In this document: in pieces, positions 30,460-36,966 of the stretch
How the letters are laid out: every line of letters begins with the position of its first letter
Numbering within the stretch: the first letter of the stretch is position 1
Source of the DNA: an uncultured Gemmatimonadales bacterium
GTDB lineage: Bacteria > Gemmatimonadota > Gemmatimonadetes > Gemmatimonadales > GWC2-71-9
DNA length: 36,966 nucleotides
Direction of reading: 5' to 3'
NCBI GenBank assembly: GCA_963695555.1
Contig: CAVOGR010000010.1
Location: 1 to 36,966 of the forward strand
Translations under genes and position numbers: made by a program
The notes under the pieces: model-generated
What the model saw: the letters and a program-made list of their open reading frames with translations, nothing else
Told to the model about the DNA's origin: nothing
Databases searched by the model: none

Positions 30460-31616
30460 TCCGGGGCGGACGGGCAGTGACACCAGGACACGCCAACACC
30501 AACGACCTGGCACTCGTGCTCTCGGGCGGTGGCGCGCGGGCGGCCTATCAGGCCGGCGTGGTGTCGGCCATTGCCGAGCGGGTTCCCAAACTCACCGTGC
30601 CAATCCTGACCGGCGTGTCCGCCGGCGCCATCAACACCATCTCGCTCGCCACTCATCCCGGCGGCTTCGCCGAATCGGCCGCGGCACTTCGGACCGAGTG
30701 GTCGCAGCTCACCATCGATCAGGTCTACCGGGTGCGGGTCGAGAACATCTGGGGGTCCGCCTTCCGTTGGCTCGGCCGCCGGCTCCGCGGGCGGGTCCGC
30801 GAGACGGTTGTCCGCGGCCTGTTCGACATGTCTCCCCTCAGTGACTTCCTCAGCGTCCGGCGCGACCTGGCCAACATCGATGCCAAGATCGGGCGTGGAG
30901 ACCTGAGGGCGGTCGCGCTCAGTGCGACGAGTTACGGCACCGGCGAGACCATCACCTTCGTCCAGGGGACCGCTGGTCTTTCCATGTGGAGCCGCTCGCA
31001 GCGCCGGGCGGTACGCCAGCCACTCGGCTGGGAGCACGTGCTGGCATCGGCCGCGATTCCGCTCTTGTTTCCCGCCATCGAGATTGGGGACACCTTCTAT
31101 GGTGACGGGAGCGTGCGCCAGGCGGCGCCGCTCGCGCCCGCCATTCACTTGGGTGCGGCACGGATTCTCGCGATCGGCATGCGTCCGGTCTGGGCCCGGC
31201 GCCACGTGTCCGCGGACGCGGGCGAGTATCCCTCCACCGCCCAGATTCTGGGAATCCTGTTCCACGCCATCTTCCTCGACGCGCTGGATGGCGATGCCGA
31301 ACGGATGGAGCGGGTGAACCGCACCTTGGCGCGGCTCCCGGCCGGCACCGCGGTGCCCGATGGTCTCCGGCCGGTCGAGCTGCTGGTGCTCCGCCCGTCA
31401 CAGGATCTGGGAGTGATGGCGCGGCCTCATTGGAACCGCTTGCCGCCGGTCATGCAACGGCTGGTGCGTTCGATCGGCGGCAAGCGTGAGGGATCGGCCG
31501 ACTTCCTGAGCTATCTCTTGTTCGACCCGGCCTATACGGTGCCGCTCATGGAGCTGGGCTACGAGGATGCCATGGCGGAGTGGGACGCGATCGAGCGGTT
31601 CCTGGCGGGCGGGTAG
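30456..31616 (+). CDS. Patatin-like phospholipase
   Basis: SGGGARAAYQ, GVSAG nucleophile, ASAAIP and DGS motifs. Confidence 0.92.
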   Translation: MIRGGRAVTPGHANTNDLALVLSGGGARAAYQAGVVSAIAERVPKLTVPILTGVSAGAINTISLATHPGGFAESAAALRTEWSQLTIDQVYRVRVENIWGSAFRWLGRRLRGRVRETVVRGLFDMSPLSDFLSVRRDLANIDAKIGRGDLRAVALSATSYGTGETITFVQGTAGLSMWSRSQRRAVRQPLGWEHVLASAAIPLLFPAIEIGDTFYGDGSVRQAAPLAPAIHLGAARILAIGMRPVWARRHVSADAGEYPSTAQILGILFHAIFLDALDGDAERMERVNRTLARLPAGTAVPDGLRPVELLVLRPSQDLGVMARPHWNRLPPVMQRLVRSIGGKREGSADFLSYLLFDPAYTVPLMELGYEDAMAEWDAIERFLAGG

Positions 31617-31670
31617 CGGTGGTTGGTGGGAGGGCGGCCGCGGTGCTACTTTGCACGGGCCAAACATCGG

Positions 31671-31744
31671 CGGGGCGTGGCGCAGCCCGGTAGCGCGCCT
31701 GCTTTGGGAGCAGGAGGTCCCGGGTTCGAATCCCGGCGCCCCGA
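31671..31744 (+). tRNA. tRNA-Pro (anticodon UGG); CCA not encoded
   Basis: CGGGGCG/CGCCCCG acceptor, GCGCAGCCCGGTAGCGC D arm, loop TTTGGGA (TGG at 31705-31707), GGTTCGAATCC T loop. Confidence 0.96.
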
Positions 31745-31750
31745 TGAGGC

Positions 31751-31778
31751 TGGGAGTCGGGAGTGGGGAGTAGGGAGT
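31751..31778 (+). repeat. Heptamer tandem repeat (NGGGAGT)x4
   Basis: tgggagt cgggagt ggggagt agggagt, directly after tRNA-Pro. Confidence 0.8.
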
Positions 31779-31974
31779 AGAGAGGGGGAGCAGTCGAGGG
31801 GTATGCTGCCGGGGTGTTATGCATGAGTGGGGGTTGGGTTGCTTTCGGCGCTTTGGAAGGTCCAACCGTCTATCCCTCCAGCCAGCGCCAACAACTGGCG
31901 CCTTGGTGATTTGGGCTCTGGAGGTCGCCGGGCCGGGGTAGCGAAGCTCGCAGGATTGGGGCATACTTTTTTGC

Positions 31975-31993
31975 AGTCCATATCTCGTTAGGC
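31975..31993 (+). other. Candidate attI-like site (left boundary of the cassette array)
   Basis: GTTAGGC core at 31987-31993, preceded by AGTCCAT-ATCTC rather than an attC arm. The sequence after it is the start of the repeated cassette. Confidence 0.4.
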
Positions 31994-32213
31994 AGGCCAG
32001 GCCTCTCCAACGCTCAGCGACTCCGGTTCAGTGCGAACGATCCTTGGAGGGGTTCTGCGGTCGTTCGCCATCGCCGGCCGGCTCCTTGGGCGTGCCAAAC
32101 CGATGGTGCACCGCTCGGGGTACGCCATGGACGGGTGGCGAGCGGTACGTTCACGGCTTCCTGCTCCGATTCAGCCCGGCTCGTGTCTATGCGGGCCGAG
32201 AGGGCGGCCCGGC

Positions 32214-32365
32214 TTCCCTAGCCGCCGTGCGGACTCGTGGAAAGTGCTTGAGGACCGCTGAGTCGGGCTGTCGGGAGGGCGCTGGTCTCTTCACGGAGTC
32301 GACCCGCTGAATTGAGGAACTGGGCAAGCGGGCGTAGACCCCGCAGACTGAGGCGGGGGACGGAG
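32214..32365 (+). repeat. Degenerate attC (subtype B-like)
   Basis: CCCTAGCCGCCGTG...GCGGGCGTAGACCCCGCAGACTGA matches the subtype B ends. AAC has become AGC and no GTTAG is retained. Right boundary approximate. Confidence 0.55.
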
Positions 32366-32550
32366 ACGTCGAGGGTTCTAGCGGTCAGGACCTGGTGGAT
32401 CTGGACGAAGTGGCTGAGTAGCTTGCCGGGGTCCTGTCGCTGCCACCTAGGCAGTGAGGGCTGGAGCCCAGAGCAACGATTCAGTTTCGCATGCAGGTGG
32501 GCCGGATCCTAGCATTCTAAAGGACACTAGGCGGTGATACCTAAGCGCGG

Positions 32551-32657
32551 TCCTAACCACCGCGTGCAGTGGCCGGGCCTTGCCGGTTCTGAAGGAAGTC
32601 GTTGATTAGTGCACAGGCGGGCGAGACGGCCCGCCACTGACGCGGGATTCGTTAGGC
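32551..32657 (+). repeat. attC site 1 (subtype A)
   Basis: TCCTAAC...CCGCGT-G-CAGTGG-C-CGGGCC / GGCCCG CCACTG ACGCGG...GTTAGGC; imperfect palindrome with two unpaired bases. Confidence 0.9.
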
Positions 32658-32920
32658 GGCGCAATCCGATAGCTCTGCGTGTGGAGCGATGCTCTGCCGG
32701 AGCGTCCTTCACATCTCTAGCGCACGCGCACTCAGCTGGCGCATGCTAACGCTGCACGACGTGGTCCGCTTCGTGGCACCGAGCAGCCTCCTGATAGGTT
32801 CTCGAGGGAACCAGCGGCCCTGCTGCGCAGTGCTGGACGACCTCGGGGTGCGACTGACAGCATCCGGGCCGGCATGTCGCCAAGCACAGGCAGTGAGCAA
32901 GAACCCGGCAGAATGCGGCC

Positions 32921-33027
32921 ACCTAACCACCGCGTGCAGTGGCCGGGCCTTGCTGGTTTCGAAGGAAGTCGTTGATTAGTGAGAGGCGGGCTGAGATGGC
33001 CCGCCACTGACGCGGGATTCGTTAGGC
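32921..33027 (+). repeat. attC site 2 (subtype A)
   Basis: ACCTAAC...GTTAGGC, same arms as site 1. Confidence 0.9.
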
Positions 33028-33037
33028 CGATGCCCCA

Positions 33038-33538
33038 ATGACCATGCGCTGCCTCTACCTCGACACGTGCATACCGAGCGCCGCTATGCGCGGGCATTCT
33101 CAAGCTCGGACAGTGACGGGTTCGCCAGGATTGCTGCCGCTGCGAGGGCGGGCAACGTGGCGTTGTGCGCCTCAACAGTCATGGAAGAGGAATTCGAGCA
33201 AGATCCCCAGCGAATACAGAGGACCGTACGTGGAGGCGCATAGTGCTCTGAGTCAGATCCGAGGCTCTTCAGATCAGCTGGATCGACGACGAGCCCGAGT
33301 CTACAGGGTACGGGTCGGTGACCACTGACCCACTGTACTCTGGGCTTAAGACCCTTCTCAAGGACGAGGCCGATGCACTGGCACCTCTTCCATGCCAAGA
33401 AGGCTGGCATCGACGATGTGGTCACTATCGACCAGCAGACAATCCTAAGCAAAGCGTCCCAACTTGAGGCTCAGTTCGGCATTAGGGTATGGCGACCTTC
33501 GGAATTCTCAAGCAGTTTGTCCAGCGAGGGCCGCCTAA
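33038..33538 (+). pseudogene. Cassette-borne PIN-domain (VapC-like) nuclease, frameshifted in this sequence
   Basis: Joined frames give CLYLDTCIPS / ALCASTVMEEE / LLKDEADAL / HLFHAKKAGIDDVVTID...FGIRVWRPSEF, which is the PIN acidic-residue pattern. Several indels are needed. Confidence 0.7.
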
Positions 33539-33640
33539 CCACCGCGTGCAGTGGCCGGGCCTTGCTGGTGACTAAAGGAAGTCGTTGATTTGTATGAGGG
33601 CGGGCAAGATGGCCCGCCACTGACGCGGGATTCGTTAGGC
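33533..33640 (+). repeat. attC site 3 (subtype A)
   Basis: GCCTAAC...GTTAGGC, same arms. Confidence 0.9.
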
Positions 33641-33974
33641 GGGCGAACTAGCCGATCGGCACGGTATCGCTGCGATCGCGGCTACCGGATGCGCTTCGCC
33701 TGGTTGGCACTCGAGACAGCGTGGCGCGCAGCACCGCAGCTCGGTCGCCGGCTGCTCGAGTCTTGCGCAGGCGTGCCGAGCAGTGCCTCGGAGCATGAGC
33801 TGGCTCGGATTGCGAGCCTGCGTTGCATCGGCGATGACGACGAGCCGGTGCTGGCGATCGCTGTCGGCGGGATCGCTCGGCTACGCGGTTCTCAGGCAGC
33901 TACGTTCGCTCAGGCGCCAGTCTCGGGTCGGCCTTCGCGGACAGCGCGGACCGCAGCGGACGTCTGGACCGGCT

Positions 33975-34082
33975 GCCTAACCACCGCGTGCAGTGGCCGG
34001 GCCTTGCTGGTTTCAAAGGAAGTCGTTGATTTGTGAGCAGGGCGGGCTAGATGGCCCGCCACTGACGCGGGATTCGTTAGGC
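33975..34082 (+). repeat. attC site 4 (subtype A)
   Basis: GCCTAAC...GTTAGGC, same arms. Confidence 0.9.
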
Positions 34083-34272
34083 AGACCAGGCCTCTACTCT
34101 CCGCACCTCCGGTTCAGTTCCAGCTCCTCAACGAATTATGTGGTTGTTCGTCTCTGCCGGTCGGCTCCTCGCACCCAGGGGTCCGCTCCGGGTACGTCCG
34201 CGGTGGGACTAGGGTTTTCCCTAGCGCTCCGAGCAGTCCCGGGTCTGTCCGGGCCGAGGTGTGCGGCCGGCT

Positions 34273-34380
34273 CCCTAACCGCCGTGTGCAGCTGACGGGC
34301 GGGCGCTTGTGTTTTGAAGGAAGTCGTTGAATTGTGTGAGGGCGGGCATAGAGCCCGCAGCTGACACGGATTCGTTAGGC
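34273..34380 (+). repeat. attC site 5 (subtype B)
   Basis: CCCTAAC...GTGT-G-CAGCTG-A-CGGGC / GCCCG CAGCTG ACAC...GTTAGGC. Confidence 0.9.
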
Positions 34381-34569
34381 AGACCAGGCCCTTCACTCTC
34401 CGCAACTCCGGTTCAGTTCCAACTCCTCAACGAATTATGTGGTTGTTCGTCTCTCCGGTCGGCTCCTCGCACCCAGGGGTCCGCTCCGGGTACGCGCGCG
34501 GTGAGCTAGGGTTTTCCCTAGCGCTCCGAGCAGTCCCGGGTCTGTCCGGGCCGAGGTGTGCGGCCGGCT

Positions 34570-34677
34570 CCCTAACCGCCGTGTGCAGCTGACGGGCGGG
34601 CGCTTGTGTTTTGAAGGAAGCCGTTGAATTGTGTGAGGGCGGGCATAGAGCCCGCAGCTGACACGGATTCGTTAGGC
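34570..34677 (+). repeat. attC site 6 (subtype B)
   Basis: CCCTAAC...GTTAGGC, same arms as site 5. Confidence 0.9.
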
Positions 34678-34866
34678 AGACCAGGCCTTCACGTCTCCGC
34701 AACTCCGGTTCAGTTCCAATTCCTCAACGAATTATGTGGTTGTTCGTCTCGCCGGTCGGCTCCTCGAACCCAGGGGTCCGCTCCGGGTACGCCCACGGTG
34801 AGCTAGGGTTTTCCCTAGCGCTCCGAGCAGTCCCGGGTCTGTCCGGGCCGAGGTGTGCGGCCGGCT

Positions 34867-34975
34867 CCCTAACCGCCGTGTGCAGCTGACGGGCGGGCGC
34901 TTGTGTTTTGAAGGAAGCCGTTGAATTGTGTGAGCAGCGGGCATAGAGCCCGCAGCTGACACAGATTCGTTAGCG
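34867..34975 (+). repeat. attC site 7 (subtype B)
   Basis: CCCTAAC...GTTAGCG, same arms as site 5. Confidence 0.88.
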
Positions 34976-35531
34976 ACCGCAGTCGCTCATGCGATGTGCC
35001 GATCTACTTCAGCTGTCTGGCATGCCTGTCATCGCGGCTCTTGTCGCGCAGCCCGGCGACTCTGCGACAGGCCAGTGCCCGAGTGCCGCTGTGCGACAGG
35101 CAGCCAGTCAGCCACGGCCACGTGATCGGTACTTCTACGACTGGGATCGCGCCGAGCACTTGCCTGCCGGTCCCAGCTGAGTTCGCGCACCTCAGTGCGA
35201 CTGGCCGGGTTGACGATCGCGGCAGTCATCGCTCTGGACAGCTCGGTCGGCGATCACGCGAGTATGCGGCGGGCAACGTCAGCAGCTGTGCTGCGACTGT
35301 CGTAGATCCTATGTCTGGATCGTGGAGGACTCCAGATCGTGAGCACGGCCGCTCGGATGGCGCTGGCCTCATCGCGAGTACGCATTCGGACATGCCACGC
35401 TGGCTGCAGAGTCACGACGCCCCGACACCTGCGTGCGCGATCTGTCCGCGAGGCGACCTCGCGACTGAGCAGTGGCGCATCAGTCTAAGTCAATGCGGCC
35501 GCTGGCTCGCAGTCACCGTCGGAACGATGCT

Positions 35532-35639
35532 GTCTAACCAGCCGCGTGCAGTGGCCGGGCCTTGCCGGGTCTCAAGGAAGTCGTTGATTTGTGAACAGGC
35601 GGGCGAGATGGCCCGCCACTGACGCGGGATTCGTTAGGT
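35532..35639 (+). repeat. attC site 8 (subtype A)
   Basis: GTCTAAC...GTTAGGT, subtype A arms. Confidence 0.9.
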
Positions 35640-35648
35640 GGCAACGCC

Positions 35649-36212
35649 ATGAAGGCACGAGGCAAGATCCCATTGTGGATTGGCCTTGCGGGGTTGGCTC
35701 AAGGCTGTGCTCCGATGCCGCCGCAAGTAACGCCCAAGGCGCTGTGCGAAATGCCAGCGCCTGATACGGGCTCATGGCAACGACTTCAGATCGGCAGCAA
35801 CTTCACGGTGTCGGCCCCACCAGACCTTGTTCCTGACACATCCGTCGTAGCCGGATTGACATTTTACCACGGCGGTCAACAGTGGCTTGAACAGGATCTG
35901 ATCGTGTACTGGGACCTCTCGAACCCGGCAACGGGCGGGCTCCTACACGATTCGCTTGAAGCCCGGCTCGCGCGAGCTGACGAGTGGAATGCACCAACGG
36001 AGTGCGCCCCTCCCACACCGCCGGATTGGGTGGTTCGATCTTCCATCAGTCGCCAGGGGCGCCAATACACGACGGCTGTGTGGATGATGCGGGAGCAAGG
36101 CACTCGCAATGACATCTACCACTTGAACCTCACCGCCCAAACGGAGTCGGCGTTTGTCGATGCGATATGGATTGTCCGGTCGCTTCGGCCCGTGAGAGAT
36201 GGTGGTGGATAG
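35649..36212 (+). CDS. Cassette-encoded hypothetical lipoprotein
   Basis: ATG 10 nt after attC8 and stop 10 nt before attC9; MKARGKIPLWIGLAGLAQGC lipoprotein-type signal. Confidence 0.8.
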   Translation: MKARGKIPLWIGLAGLAQGCAPMPPQVTPKALCEMPAPDTGSWQRLQIGSNFTVSAPPDLVPDTSVVAGLTFYHGGQQWLEQDLIVYWDLSNPATGGLLHDSLEARLARADEWNAPTECAPPTPPDWVVRSSISRQGRQYTTAVWMMREQGTRNDIYHLNLTAQTESAFVDAIWIVRSLRPVRDGGG

Positions 36213-36221
36213 GGTGTCGCC

Positions 36222-36328
36222 ACCTAACCACCGCGTGCAGTGGCCGGGCCTTGCTGCTTTTGAAGGAAGTCGTTGATTTGTGGGCAGGCGGGCGAGATGG
36301 CCCGCCACTGACGCGGGATTCGTTAGGC
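36222..36328 (+). repeat. attC site 9 (subtype A)
   Basis: ACCTAAC...GTTAGGC, subtype A arms. Confidence 0.9.
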
Positions 36329-36346
36329 AGCGCAGGGAGACGACCG

Positions 36347-36589
36347 ATGGGTATCGATCCCGCCTTCGCTGGCGTCCTGGTTGTCTACGTCGTTATCGTG
36401 ATCGCCGATGTCTATTTTGACGTCCTCCATCAACGTCTCGGCCGGCGGGTTCTTCTCAGCCTTTCTTCGGGTCGCTTCCCGCCCGCCGACCCAAGTCCCG
36501 TCCAGCGCCGGCTCACGTCCCTCGCAGGGCTCGCGGTTACCCTGGCGTTCCTCCTTATCGTCCTGGTCTTTACTAGGCGTATGCCGTGA
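36347..36589 (+). CDS. Cassette-encoded 80-aa two-TM membrane protein
   Basis: GGGAGA RBS and two hydrophobic helices; fills the interval between attC9 and attC10. Confidence 0.7.
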   Translation: MGIDPAFAGVLVVYVVIVIADVYFDVLHQRLGRRVLLSLSSGRFPPADPSPVQRRLTSLAGLAVTLAFLLIVLVFTRRMP

Positions 36590-36614
36590 GCGCAGAGTGC
36601 GGACGGGGTGCGCT

Positions 36615-36722
36615 CCCTAACAGCCGCGTGCAGTGGCCGGGCCTTGCTGATTTTCAAGGAAGTCGTTGATTTGTGAGAGGGCGGGCAATGATTGCCCGCC
36701 ACTGACGCGGGATTCGTTAGGC
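36615..36722 (+). repeat. attC site 10 (subtype A)
   Basis: CCCTAAC...GTTAGGC, subtype A arms. Confidence 0.9.
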
Positions 36723-36937
36723 AGACCAGGCCCTTCACGCTCCGCAACTCCGGTCCAGTTCCAACTCCTCAACGGATGATGTGGTTGTTCGTCTCGGTGG
36801 TCGGCTCCTCGCACCAAGGGGTCCGCACCGGGTACGCCCACGGTGGGCTAGGGTTTTCCCTAGCGTTCCGAGCAGTCCCGGGTCTGTCCGGGCAGAGGCG
36901 TGCGGCCGGCTCCCTAACCGCCGTGTGCAGCTGACGG
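36717..36937 (+). repeat. Further copy of the gene-less cassette with a truncated subtype B attC (starts 36912)
   Basis: Aligns with the 34077-34969 units, including CTAGGGTTTTCCCTAG (36848-36863) and CCCTAACCGCCGTGTGCAGCTGACGG. Confidence 0.88.
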
Positions 36938-36966
36938 AGCAATACGATGGTTGAACCAGTAACAGG
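36938..36966. other. Probable Oxford Nanopore ligation-adapter remnant (technical)
   Basis: AGCAATACG-ATGGT-TGAAC-C-AGTA-ACAGG resembles the adapter reverse complement AGCAATACGTAACTGAACGAAGTACAGG (recalled from memory). It starts exactly where attC homology stops. Confidence 0.7.

Larger units (their letters stand above)
34077..34969 (+). repeat. Three tandem copies of a 297-298 bp gene-less cassette
   Basis: Units 34077-34374, 34375-34671 and 34672-34969 are near-identical; each ends in a subtype B attC. Confidence 0.92.
31987..36937 (+). mobile_element. Integron-type gene cassette array lacking an adjacent integrase (CALIN-like)
   Basis: Ten complete co-oriented attC sites bounded by xYCTAAC and GTTAGxx, spaced 297-689 bp apart. 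Single co-oriented ORFs lie in some intervals. Confidence 0.92.

Noticed and set aside
2426..31616. In-frame UGA selenoprotein near selC
   Set aside because: The backbone genes appear complete. I saw no UGA at a catalytic Cys position and no convincing SECIS.
31671..31993. Prophage or ICE integrated at tRNA-Pro
   Set aside because: No integrase, no phage or conjugation genes, and no duplicated tRNA 3' end within the window.
33590..36934. ORFs such as 33590-34036, 33993-34295, 34327-34509, 34624-34806 and 36692-36934 sharing peptides like LTTACSGRALL or GPPLTRDSLG
   Set aside because: The shared peptides are translations of the attC repeat. These ORFs start in or run across recombination sites.
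32551..36937. CRISPR array
   Set aside because: Repeats are 107-109 bp and the intervals ~190-580 bp, some with genes. No cas genes are present, and the ends match attC R''/R' boxes.

Overview
The window has three parts. (1) 1-~1576 is a visibly AT-richer segment. It holds a frameshift-ridden CsgG/FlgT-like remnant and a bidirectional terminator, and is fused into the middle of a high-GC gene, so it is probably a chimeric or low-coverage contig end. (2) ~1577-31744 is a high-GC housekeeping backbone, most consistent with a Gemmatimonadota-like bacterium (inferred from gene content and order). It runs murA (Cys-to-Asp form), pgeF, rimP-nusA-L7Ae-infB-DUF503-rbfA-truB-ribF-secD-secF-tatD-fhs-ridA, tRNA-Sec, murI, an lpxH-like gene, thioesterase, HEAT-cyclophilin, a metallopeptidase/propeller/Omp85 protein, lptE, an antiporter, heptose adenylyltransferase, rph, rdgB, patatin and tRNA-Pro. 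(3) ~31975-36966 is an integron-type cassette array with no integrase in the window. It has ten complete 107-109 bp attC sites of two subtypes, plus one degenerate and one truncated site. Only three cassettes carry credible genes: a frameshifted PIN nuclease, a lipoprotein and a 2-TM protein. One structured, gene-less ~298 bp cassette occurs five times, three of them in tandem, always with its own attC subtype. The last 29 nt resemble an Oxford Nanopore adapter, so indels near both ends may be read errors.
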